DNA of 41,220 nucleotides. Origin: Gonapodya sp. JEL0774. Lineage: Eukaryota. Positions 12,126 through 23,336 of the stretch are shown here, piece by piece. Location of the stretch: the NCBI GenBank assembly GCA_027604505.1, contig JADIIX010000168.1, positions 1 to 41,220 on the forward strand, written 5' to 3'. The position numbers and the translations under genes were made by a program. Positions within the stretch are counted from its first letter, which is position 1; each line of letters begins with the position of its first letter. The notes under the pieces are model-generated. The model did not search any database, was not told the DNA's origin, and saw nothing but the letters and a program-made list of their open reading frames with translations.

Positions 12126-13436
12126 TTGTGGCTGTCCTGTCTTTCACCACCTCCACATCTGCACACTTTGATTGACCACTTCCTTCCAGCATCCACCAGC
12201 TGTGCTTGTGCACTGGGATCCAGGTTTTTCCCCTGTTCATCAACTTGTGCAATGTCCATTCCAAGTGTTATCAGTAGTGGCGAAGCACTTGCAACCTGAC
12301 TTTCTCTTCCCATACTGAAACCAAGGATCTCTGCCATGGTCAGACTGTCAATCACAGACAGGTGACCATCAGTGACATTCAATGATGCAGAGTGATGGGT
12401 GGTAGTGGAGCCTAACCCAGCACAATGTAGGGCGGTGTCAGGGAATGGAAACAATGGTGTTTTCTGCGATAAGATGGACCATGGTGGGGTTACTGTTGAT
12501 GCAATATAATATAAAGTTTACTTGAGACACAAGAGACTCACTTTGTTTGTGCCATTACAATCACTTGTTGTCAATGCCAACAATTGCGAAGGGTCTGTGG
12601 TGCTCCCCCGTCTTGCTTCCACCAGTGTGCTGTTCTCCTTCCACGAGGTTGAACTGTTTCTTCCTGTATTGTGACATCCTCTGCCAAGTGGTCAGCACCC
12701 CTATGTTACTGTTGCTGTAATCTCTTCCACTCAAAAAGATGTCCAGGAACTCCTTCAACTGTCATGGTAGTGCCTGGGGCATCCCTCTGGAATAAGCCCA
12801 ACACAAGCAGCAGGATCTTCTGGGCCATTATGGTTGCAAAATCAAGAGATTTTGGGTGTGTGGGCCTTCTGTTGTTTTGAATCTCATGTAGGCACCATAT
12901 TTTCCCTATGAGGGCAACAGTACCTTTGGGGCCGACCATGTGCTTCAGCAGATGCCTCAAATCTCCAATTGACAGACCCATCAAGTTTCCCTAGCTCAGA
13001 GCTCTCTCAAAGCTTTCATTGTTTTGGCCAACAGTTTGCTCCTTCGCAAGAATTGTGCTGTTGTCAGGGTGCAGTTGAACGCATTACCAGGTGTTGATAG
13101 ATTCTGGAAAAATGAATGCTCCATGTGTACCAATTGCTTCAAGGGTGTGACATTGTGGTCCTACTGGTGACTGATGCAGTAGATCAGGAACAGCGTCAAG
13201 CAGCTGTTTTCCACAAGCCCACTCTTCAGCCAATGTATAAACTGACAATCCTTGTCCTCAATTGATGCCTTGGCATTCCCAATAGTTTTTATCAGTGAGA
13301 GATACAGCTCCTGATTATTGGTTGCAGCCACCTTTGAGTGGTGACCAGACATGGGGGACCATGAAATGCCACAGACACAAATTGTTTGTGTGTAGTTTGT
13401 GGTGGAAGACAATTGGTTTGATTGCCTGCTGTACTG

Positions 13437-13981
13437 CCAAATTGTTTCAGTGCCCCTTTCCTACACTGCCCTTCAAGGATATCCTCACAATTTCAGAGGG
13501 CGTGGAAAAACTGGTCGTGGAAGAGGGCAAGGGGAGGATGAGGGAAGAGGACAGAAGGATCATGGAGCACATTTGTGAGTTTCTTTGTGCTGTTCTTGTG
13601 ATCATGAGCCAAAAAGGGTGTGTGCCATTGGCTAAATTCAAGTTTTGGTCTTTTCTTGCAACACACAGATGTGTTCCACATGCTGTGGTGAGGGATTGTA
13701 GGTGAGAAGGGGGGGCAGTGGGGGGGTAGGAGATTGTGAGTGTGAGTTATCTTTCAGCACCTCACAAATTTGTGACTTGCACATCACAGCTCCGGTTTAA
13801 CAAAGAGGGTGTTGCATGCAGGTAGCCAGCTGAGCTTCTGTTGGGGTATTCATTATTCGAGCATTAGTTTAGGCATCAGTGCTGTGCACTGGCTGCTTGG
13901 TTTTCACGAGGGATCAGTGCTTGCGCCATCTCTGCCAATCACGGCAACGCGTTTCCAAGTAGTGGATGGGATATTGATATC
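13437..13981 (-). repeat. Dispersed ~550-bp repeat, copy A (inverted relative to 34514-35069)
   Basis: Its reverse complement aligns continuously with 34514-35069, e.g. catgtggaacacatctgtgtgttgc and ccacgaccagtttttccacgccctc. Confidence 0.93.
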
Positions 13982-14490
13982 TGTGTTTACAAAGCTGGCT
14001 TTATTGGCTGTAGTGGATCCGTTGAGGGACATAGGTCGCAGCTTATAAATGAGCACTGGGGCATCGTCAACTAACCTCATCATAAACTACTATACCGGTC
14101 ATAAAATCAGCACCAATGGGCCACTTGCTGATTCTGCATATGTAGTACCGTAACGCCATTTCCATTGACCATTTCCCGTTCTGTGTTGATTCCTAACCTC
14201 ACCACTCCCACCTGCACTCACCCGTCGGGGAATGTGTTGGGACCTTCTGGGTTCAGTGATCTACAATACAGACATCAGATAGCTCCAGAGCGCAAACTAA
14301 CTCGCCCTTATTGCCGTCTCAAACCAATGGCTCGGCACCTCACTAGATGATCCTTACTCCCCGCCTCCCAATTCCTGCTCAATCTCTTTTACATTCCCAC
14401 TCCCTCCATATAATCAGAATCACTTTGAACAAAGACCCAATTGTCATCGCCTTTGCTGCCAAGCACCATCAGAAAAACGAAAGAATGCGC

Positions 14491-14724
14491 ATCTTGCTTC
14501 GGCGGGACTTCGCGAGGCTGGTGGTCAATCACTGGCCAGGCGGCATCGACCAGTCTATGGATTTCGCGATCTATGCAAGTGGCCGGTGGGACGTTGTCAT
14601 AGGTGGTGTGTTGATAGTGAATCGCGCAGTGACGTGTATTTACATTCATAGACTGCCTTCCAATTCACGTGACAATACAGCTCATTGTAACTTGTGGGGT
14701 CTGCATTCAAAGTAAAGCTGATTC
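14491..14724 (+). repeat. Homologue of the left half of the 20968-21367 repeat
   Basis: 14491-14598 resembles 20968-21070 (atcttgcttcgg...gctggtggtca...tatggatt). 14666-14724 resembles 21151-21209 (cacgtgacaatacagctc...tctgcattcaaagt). Confidence 0.85.
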
Positions 14725-14876
14725 CTGCCCTTTCAATGAGAGAAGCAGCGGCAGAAGAGCCTGCGACCACTCTCATCAGGTGAAGGTGCTTTGTCCTTCG
14801 GCGGCATTCAACGCCCAATGCGGGACCATGAAGGTTCTTGAGGACAGGTACCAGTTACCCGAAGCCCCACATTATC

Positions 14877-15596
14877 TTATTTTAGCATTTCTGATGCCGC
14901 TGTGTCACAGAACTTTGCGAACTCCACATCTCTACTTGTGAGACCTTGTTTCAGAACGGTAAACAAATCAGCAAATGTCCTCAATTGGCAAAAATAACTT
15001 CTCGCACCATCAGCGTCATGGGATGTCCACGTAATTTCAACGCGGTTGTAGACCTGCCGACATTATGTCAACCAATTCATAGGCAGCGGTAGTGGTTAGT
15101 AGAACAAATCGGAGGGACGAGCAAGGGCCAGCGGAGAAGCAAAAACCTTTTTTCCAAGACTTACATTGAACCATTCCGGGTGGTGATCTACTTTGTCAGC
15201 TCTCAGTGCCACCCTCGTCATGAACCCTGCCAAGTGAGCGTTCACATAACACTTCGTCGAGATCTGGACATCAAGCAGTATGCCTATCAAAGGTCCAAGA
15301 AACGCACCAAAGGCCTGGTTGAAGTCCTCGAACTTGAACGTTTTCTTCACCGCGTCGCGCTCGGGATTCACATCGATCCACCCAGAGGGGACGAGCTCTG
15401 CAACCGCGATAGAACGCTCCTCAATGGAGAGCTTCTTCATTGAGGACGAGAAACTGGAAGAGGACGCCGAGAATGGTCGTGAAAAGGTTGGGATATGGAA
15501 CAATTTCTTTGCGGCCGAAGGCAGGACCGCGTGGAGAGAGCAGCAGGGTCCAATAAGGGAACAGTGGATGGGAGAAGCAATCTTCATATGGTGCAT
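14877..15596 (-). CDS. PCBD: Pterin-4-alpha-carbinolamine dehydratase (PCD/DCoH, PhhB family), 4 exons
   Basis: Exons ~15596-15308, 15226-15165, 15053-15008 and 14944-14877 give [62 protein letters not shown]. Start may be 15596, 15588 or 15440. Confidence 0.95.
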
Positions 15597-15798
15597 CGGG
15601 ACTTTTTTGAATGCTGAAGTCGGGACACCAGCACCTCCGACGACAGTTCATGAAGACAACTAATAACACTGTGAAAAGAAAAAAAATGAAAGTATTCTTC
15701 CGTGACGCAATAGATATATAGACTCTCAAACACATTCAATGTTCCTATCACTGCCCACAAATCGTAAGGAATCCGGTCCCACAGATCCCTGCAACAAC

Positions 15799-18700
15799 TT
15801 ACACTGAGGTAACGTCAACCTGCATTGGCACCGGATCGTTCTCTACTCCGCGGGAATCCGCCATAGCCACCACTATCCCACTCTCCTTCCCTTCCTTTTC
15901 CCCATGCGCTGAGCAAGCTTGCTCTCGGGTCCTCTTGACTCCTGGGTTATAACGATACTCTGACAACGCTTTCCTGCCAGCAGTCACAGCTGTCCTCGCA
16001 CCGGGACCACTTCTTGTTATCACTACCATTCCCAATGCGGCAGCAACTGTCCCGCCTTGGCGAGGTGCAATTGGAATCACACCTTGCGGCTTATGCGACC
16101 CCTCAGCATCACTGCCGGCACGAACTTTTACACCCCCGTTCAGCCCACCCTTTCCGCGCTCCTCGATAGTCCGGCGCAAGGTCGTTCGCTGCACTTCCAG
16201 CCGGGCACGACGAGGGCCCGCCACAGTTTGACATCGAATACGCTGTGTAAGTGCTGCAAGAAGATTTTTGCGGGCCCGTTGTAGGGAGGCTGATTCATCG
16301 TGCCGTGATGAGGAATGTGTGTAATCAACAACCATCAAACAAGGACTAAGAACTTACGAAGGTCCTTCCTCAAAGTCACCACCCTCTCCTTTAGAGTCCT
16401 GCCCCATTGCCACCACTCGATTGTTCTACACATAGCACCAGTCGGGTCCGTTTTCTTATTATTTCCCCCAATCTGATTCATCTTGAGCCCATTCCCGTCC
16501 CCTGAGATCTCCGCGGAACCTTCTCGAGGGGTACCCCTTCCCGCTAATTTCGACAGAGCGCGTTCGGTTTCAAGGGCATCCTTGGCCGCAGTTTCGACTT
16601 CGACCATGGCCCGCCGTTCGCGAGTTGATAGAGAAGCGCGAGGCCGACGATGCGCCGCGTACGGTATGGGTGTGTAAGATGATTCTAAAGGGGACACGCA
16701 GGAAGTTGCAGAAGCTTGAGAGATAAAATCGAGTGCGGTTGCAGCATCCTCCCTCTGTCTGATTCGCTTGGCCGCGCCCGCGAGATGAATAAGTCTCGCC
16801 ATCGTCCACGGTTTCGGAGGTGGCAAAGGCGCCGCTGGGACAATTTTAAGTGCGGATGAGCAGCAGCCACAAAATTTCTCATTGTCATGGTTCTTGTCGT
16901 CGCTGTTTGCGGCCGCCATAGGTAAGAAGTCGGACCACAAGGTGGGTGGGACCTGCCCAAGCGGAGATTTGGGCAACGATTCCAGCTGCGGTGCTGCGCC
17001 GACGGCTGCAGCAAGCGCCGGTGATAGATGTGCCGTCGCTTTTGCTGTGATCCCCTGTATGCTATTTGCACTTTTGTCCGTCCGGTTCTTCTTATCACTG
17101 CCAACTTTCGATCCTCCTGATTCTGCCTGGTCCCCAGACCTACAGATAATCATTCCATTTCTTCCGGAATCCCCGTTCATATCTTCATCAAAGCTTCTCA
17201 TGGGCTCTCCGCCGACTGACGCGACACCAATAATGCCAAAGTTCCCATTGCCAACTTCACCCTCCGTTTCCTTCCCACCCGCATCCATTTTGTGCCCTCC
17301 AAAAGCAGGCTTAGCGGGCCTTCTCAGCAAAATTGGACGAGGCCTAATGATAGCTGCCGCCGACGGCATGTGCGGACGTGGGGCCATGGCAAGAGGTCTC
17401 GCGGCCCTTGTTGGGGACTTAGTCCCGGATGAATTATCGTAGTGAGCACTTTTTTGCACGATCCCCCCAATATCGTCGTCGTCGTCGTCGATACAAGCAT
17501 CGGGGATGGTGATGGTCGGCGACGGAGGGGATCCGGGAGGTGAGGGTGCTGCATGAAACGGGGTTGCAGGCGTGTGCATGGGTGTAGGCGATATTGTAGG
17601 TGATGGAAGAAAAGAAATGCTTTTGGCGGAGGTAGGTGGAGGAGGCAGGCGTGGCAAGAGTTCCTCGCTGTCCTGACTCAACCCGAGTTCCACATCAGGC
17701 TTTCTACCTTCCACTTCCATCAAAAAAATACGATCAGGGGTTGCATCACGTGATTGTGCACGGTGCGGATGCGGTGGTTGTAGTGGGAACGCGTGCGCCG
17801 TAGTTCGCACTGGTCGACGCGGGATCTGGACTTCAATATCGTACAAGGGTTTGGGTGGAGACGCTGAAGGGCGGCGGCGGGATGAGGGTAGTGAAGATGA
17901 TGTGTTCGCGCGGTCAGTGGGGACTTTCCCCAGCGCGATGGACGGTGGTGTGGATGTCAAATACACATCGTCTCCCGGTAAAGATTCCTTCCCCTCCCGT
18001 CTTGTCCCGAGGTGTCCCCTCAAAGCCGCCAGAGCGGCTGCTGACTTAGTAATGGCAGGTTTACGGCTCCTTTTCATGGGTTTGATCATTTCGTTTGGGA
18101 CGGATTTTCGGTAAGTGAGCGATTTAGGGCTGGGACTCGCGGGGACCAGGAGGATACGTGGGGACCGACGAGGTGATGAAGAACCTGAGGTAGAATCAGT
18201 GGGTACAGGGATACGAGGTGGAGATGAGGGTGGAGACGGGGAGGGGGATGATGGAGGGGAAGAAGAGGGAGCCAAGGGTTGCGAGTTCTCTTTATCCTTC
18301 GGGAATTTGAAGAAGTGGTGATGTGTTAATCAAGTGAGAATACAAGCGCTCTGTTCTGAGTCCAAGAGACAGAAAGCTCCAATGCAGTCAGCTGTCGGTA
18401 ACGACTGCTGCACCACGGGCTTACTGGTAGAGCTCCTCTCGGAGTCACCAAAGAAGTTTGATGATTCTCACCATGCCTGAATCAATCTTGCGTCTCTTTG
18501 CAGGTGTCTCGAGCACTGTCCTAGCATCTGGGTTTCGCTGCATATTCTCTTCCCCGCGCCAGTCGAGCCCATTGAACTCCTCTTGTTCGTCATCTTGGCA
18601 AAACCCGCTATCGAGCATTGGTTCAGAGCCTCGATCATGTTGCGAGTTTCTGGGAATGGGAAGAGAGCTCTTAGCGGCGTCTGCCAAGGCTGCGTCGTCG

Positions 18701-18891
18701 TCCGGCACATCAATTTCGGAGAAGAGATGGAACCCGTCGGAGAGCGAGAGGAGGGGTCGGGAGGAAGGGAGGTAGAGGGAGAGGCAAGATTTGATCTGAC
18801 CAGAGGCTAGGTGTGGGGTGTGCGAGCTGGGGGAGGGGCGGTCTGAGGGGATTTGGCTCGGCGTGGTCGCATGGGCTGTACGGTGGAACAC
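15799..18891 (-). CDS. Hypothetical Pro/Ser-rich, largely disordered protein
   Basis: The 646-aa ORF 16335-18275 joins in frame to 15799-16289 via intron ~16357-16290 (gtaagt...aatcag) and plausibly to the 18472+ ORF via intron ~18471-18298. Contains a PAKRRKID NLS-like motif and a KEN motif. No domain recognised; start uncertain. Confidence 0.6.
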
Positions 18892-19462
18892 GATGTGTGA
18901 TTTGTGCCAATTCCATGATGTCGCTTATAAAAACACGCACATCTGCCGTATCCTAACCAGTGCATCATGGTTCAGGAGTGGTAGAGGGAAATCGTTGGTT
19001 GGTCTCTTCAGACTTAGGATTGCTTTGATCCGACCCTTCTGCGCAGCCTGCTTGGCTCGCTCAGAAATCAGAACCTGTTACGCAATGAAAAGAGTCACGA
19101 TTAAGTCCACGGAGGTCGGGAAAGCGGACTATCGATTCCCACTTGCAACTCTTGGTGAATCGCGGTTACCACCAGGATCGTCCGATTCGTCATCCGATCG
19201 ACCCAGCGATGACCAAAACCAGTCGATTTCAATTCATTTGCGAGCCTTGTGGTGTATCAGAGATGAAACTCACTCGAATCAATCACTTATTGTGCAGTGG
19301 TGAATCTGAAGGGCCGCAACGGATGAAGCACCTGCCCCGTGCATAGTCGGCCCAGACAGGTGAACACTAGTGAAATATAGCTTGTCTCACTGGCTCATTT
19401 TAGTTGTTACAGTGATTTTCAAGTGAGTCACCGGGAACTAAAACACTGAACTGAACTGGTCG

Positions 19463-19628
19463 GTTCATGGAGCGACATGTGAGACTTCATTATTGATGTT
19501 GCCTTTTTGATTCAACGGAGGCAGATTCGATGTCATGTCTGAGTGGATTCTGCATTTGCACCTGGAGTATGTAGTAGCAACTGTGCGATGACTTGGAACC
19601 TTTGCCTAAACTTCCTCACGCGAACATA
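19463..19628 (+). repeat. Homologue of the right half of the 20968-21367 repeat, immediately upstream of the AIM41 ATG
   Basis: gttcatggagcg...gagacttcattattgatgttg...ggaggcagattcga...cttcctcacgcgaacata is shared with 21212-21367. Confidence 0.9.
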
Positions 19629-19653
19629 TTACTTTGCATTGACCTCACCACCC

Positions 19654-20950
19654 ATGTCTTCCCGAATTCCCACGCATCTATTCCGTCTGCGTCTCACCTC
19701 TCACTCCCTTGTGAATCACACATCCTCCCCACCTGTGCTGCTCCCCCTGATGCCTTGTCGTTTATTCTCGTCCTCTCCTTCCACGGCCACATCCGCTCCT
19801 ACCCCCTCCACTTCATCGTACACTTTGGATCTTCAATCTGTTCTAAAAGCAGACCTAAAAGCTGCAATGAGGGAAAAGGACAAGTTGAGATCATCTGTCG
19901 TGAAAGGACTTTTGTCGGACATAACATATCAAGAGAAGAGCGGGAATCAGAGTAAAATCGATCCAGTTGCAATTCTTAGAAAAGGTGTGTCTACGTGCTT
20001 GATATCTGTTCATTGATTGGGGCTCGCGATGACGAGGAAGGTGTTCTCGACCTTTGCCACCACTGTGGAATCTGCCCACGGGACCATCGAGAGTCCATCG
20101 GAATAAATCGAATCGTCTTTCTCTATCTCTTCTTACCTTTTTTCGCTTGACCGGCCCCCTCACACCACCACCACCCTTTCCACCTCTTCACTTCTCACGA
20201 CATCCAGCTATCAAGCGTCGTCAAGATTCCATATCCCAGTACCGTGAAGCAAATCGGGAGGATCTTGCGCAGGCAGAGGAGGCAGAGGTATGTAGGGGTG
20301 ATGAGTGTGTGGGATTCTCAGTGGAAAGAGGCATGGGACGTATTGGACAGTGTATAGCAGAAGGTCTTGGGTGCAACTTGACCGAGTGCACTGTAGAGTG
20401 TGCATAACCTCGTGGGTCAATTGTTTTGTGGTAATGCGCCAACAGACCTTTGCTGGCGGGTATAACCTTGTTGTCACCGCACTGCCGAACAGGCAGCAAC
20501 TGGCGTGGAGTGACGACCGAGACTGAAATTCGTCTTCATTTAGTCAGCTCCAGTTGTCCCGCCTGTTGACCCCGCTCTCTAACGCACACTCGCCCGTCCA
20601 CTCGACCCTATCAGCTGGCACTTCTCAACACTTACCTGCCCCCAACCCCATCCGCCGCTGAACTTGCCGAACTAATAGCCTCCACCGCGGTCGAAATCGG
20701 TGCCAATTCCGCGGGTGATACGGGCAGGCTTGTCAAGGAATTGGCGAAGAAGACGCAGGGAAAGGGATGGGAGATGCGGGAACTGGCAGGTGAGAATATA
20801 CGCACGAAGGAGGTTACTGTGCTTGAATCGGAGCTTAGCTCGTTCGTCTTGTGTTCCTTTCTCTCTCTTATCACTTTTTCCCACTATTTATGTTCAGACT
20901 CAGCCAAGAAATACCTCGCCGGCGTAAGCTCAAAGTATAGGGAATTGTAA
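19654..20950 (+). CDS. AIM41: GatB/YqeY-domain mitochondrial protein (Aim41-like), 4 exons
   Basis: Presequence-like N-terminus, then LKADLKAAMREKDKLRSSVVKGLLSDI, IKRRQDSISQYREANREDLAQAEEAE and LALLNTYLP...GDTGRLVKEL across GT-AG introns. Confidence 0.88.
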
Positions 20951-20967
20951 GAAAACTTCACGCCACG

Positions 20968-21367
20968 ATCTTGCTTCGGTGAGACATCCCGGGGCTGGTG
21001 GTCATTCACTGACCAGGCATCGATCCAGTATATGGATTATGCGATCGATGCAGGTGACCGGTGTGTTGTCGTTATACAGAATCAAAGACAATTGGAGCAG
21101 CCGGGTCATGGCAGAGACTTGAGATGAATCCCTCTATGATATGTAGTGTACACGTGACAATACAGCTCTTGGTAACTTGTGCGATCTGCATTCAAAGTGA
21201 AACTGATTCGAGTTCATGGAGCGGGATGCGAGACTTCATTATTGATGTTGTCTTTTTGATTCAAAGGAGGCAGATTCGAACTCATGTCCGAGTCAGTTCA
21301 GCATTTACACCTGTAGCAATTGCTCGATGACCTGCAACCTCTGTCCAATCTTCCTCACGCGAACATA
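20968..21367 (+). repeat. Composite ~400-bp repeat whose halves match 14491-14724 and 19463-19628
   Basis: Direct-orientation similarity read by eye; junction at ~21201-21212. Confidence 0.85.
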
Positions 21368-22105
21368 ATTTTCCGGGATAGTGGTGGCCAACGCGGTTTG
21401 CGGTGCCAGGAGTTTTAGAATGTGATTGACAGCGTTGCGAGGAGAGTCAACAGTGGGTCCTGTGGTCGTTGATAGGCCTTGCCGTGTGTACCCTTGTCCT
21501 CGACCTTTTGAGCGAAGCCTCGGTTTTGTCTGCGATGACATCTCGCCAAGGCCAAGTAGCAAGCATTACAAAGAACAGGCGTTGATGGATTTTTTGTGCC
21601 CGGTTGATGGAGACCTTTTCGCCACCGTCACACCAGCCGATCCCGGTCAAGAACATCGAGTTTTGGCCCGAACTAGCAGATCATTTTAATTCTTACCATC
21701 GATGTACGATGAGTCCCGCATTTACAGCATTCTCGTGGCAGTGCTCGCGTTGGCCGTTCGAGACATTCATCGACAGAGAGATCAGATTCGGTCTGGTTCT
21801 GCTCCGAGCTCTTGCGAAGTCATTAAAATAACGTGATGAAGGAAGGTGGTGGAGGTTATGCGGCGATCGATTTCAGTACTGGGTTTGGGAAAGCGATCAC
21901 TCGGTGATTGGGCTGTCTCACATGTGCAGATGAACCAGGATCCATATTGTCAGATCGTCTACGAAGTTGGGGAATTTCAATCGTCAGTGGGAGTGAGTAG
22001 GCGGCTAGGACGGGACAAACGTGGCAAAACTATTGGGAGTGTACATTGTTCGGGCGGTTTCTCTTCACGATATTCCCAAACCACAAATACAATGGAAAAC
22101 TCAAT

Positions 22106-23043
22106 TTATATAATTATCAATGTTGAGAAAAGTAAACTGCAAATGCTTTTGTCATCAACCGGCGCCACCACTCGTATTCTGTCATCCACTAATCGATGGG
22201 TCATCACATATTCCGCGTTGCTCCGATCGTTATCATTCGCACGAAGCAATGCTCGGTCCACCGTAGGCTCTGAAACATAGGCGATGTATTCTGGTGAGTG
22301 TTTCTCAAGATCAAAATAACCGTCATTTCACTCACCTATGCCTGCCATCAAATGCCTTTTCGCAACACGTTTCACCGCAGTCTCGATATCGGCTTCAATC
22401 CACCACCATTCGTCCGCCATGTTACGCAGTCTGCACCAAGGCTCGACATTGTCCAGTAACAAGTACAACCCTTCGAGAATCAGAACTCGGTCTGTTGGAT
22501 GCACAAGAGTACCACCAGGCACGGGATTTTTAGTGGCGTGAGAGAACGTCGGGTATGGAATTGGAGGGGAGTCCCAAGAGGGAAGCGGGCGAAGCTGTTC
22601 CAGAGCACGGAGCAACCCTAATCAATAGTTCGGTGCGGAGTACATAGAAGGACAAGGGGGCAGTTTACACAAACGATGCACCGCAAAAGAACGCAAATAT
22701 GTACCTTCTGATTTGAAGGTCCAAGGCGCGCCTCTTCTCCTGTACGCTTCATGCCTATTCTGGAGGCAAATCAACGAACGTGATACCGTATCATACCACA
22801 GGAGGTGATTTTTACCGGCATCAAGTCCAGCTCACATGTGGGAATGTGAAATCCGTCCATGGATAATGCTCGGCAAACAGGTTCTCCGTGCAGGCGATTG
22901 AGGGATGTTTCAACCAAGCCAGCCAGAGTGGATTTGCCCGACCCAGGGATGCCAGCTATTAGTACGATCGTACGATTGGATTGGGGAGAAGTTAGATGGG
23001 AGGAGAGGAGGGAGAGTGCCAATGAGTGTGCGAGAGCGTCCAT
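22106..23043 (-). CDS. P-loop kinase, phosphoribulokinase/uridine kinase family (Yfh7-like), about 4 exons
   Basis: IAGIPGSGKSTLA Walker A, MDGFH, RRRGAPWTF, YPTFSHATKNPVP, VLILEGLYLLL, RVAKRHL and NDRSNAEYV. Confidence 0.88.
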
Positions 23044-23336
23044 AGGAGATTTTGAGAATTGTTGGTGTTGAATATTCGACAGACGGACTGTTGCGGGGGG
23101 AAAACTGTAAAGGTCAATAAGGAGACTCCGAAGATGCACCAGCAGCCGCATACACGCGACGACCACAGCCCGATCATGCACTGGATCTCTGTGAAGTTAC
23201 CCATGCAAACTCCTCTCCATGTACTATTATACGTGTTCTTAGATTCCCTCTGAATTGTGAGATTTCGCCACATGAAGATCTTCTTGCCGATAACCTGTCA
23301 CTCATCTCGATTTTCGCCAGCCACGTCCGAGTTGTG

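Larger units (their letters stand above)
8900..13981 (-). pseudogene. Decayed, CpG-depleted intron-containing gene or transposon of unknown family
   Basis: Collinear minus-strand ORF fragments broken by stops and frameshifts. Residual GT-AG introns (~12541-12493, ~11083-11022). No CpG in 9650-10080, 10334-10748 or 11381-11789. Boundaries approximate. Confidence 0.6.

Noticed and set aside
8983..14015. CACTAC...GTAGTG as CACTA transposon termini for the decayed block
   Set aside because: Only 6 bp match, the flanking 3-mers (tta versus gat) are not a TSD, and no Tnp2 motif was recognised.
8956..14152. TACGGT...ACCGTA with nearby caagtggc similarity as TA-flanked Tc1/pogo TIRs
   Set aside because: The alignment needs large gaps and no DDE motif was seen; compatible with chance.
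20288..20615. Long AIM41 intron with GTGATGA (20298) and CTGA (20523) as a C/D snoRNA
   Set aside because: The boxes are too far apart, the C box abuts the donor site, and no terminal stem or rRNA guide was recognised.
21370..22100. Short ORFs between AIM41 and the kinase
   Set aside because: No recognisable domain or coherent exon chain.
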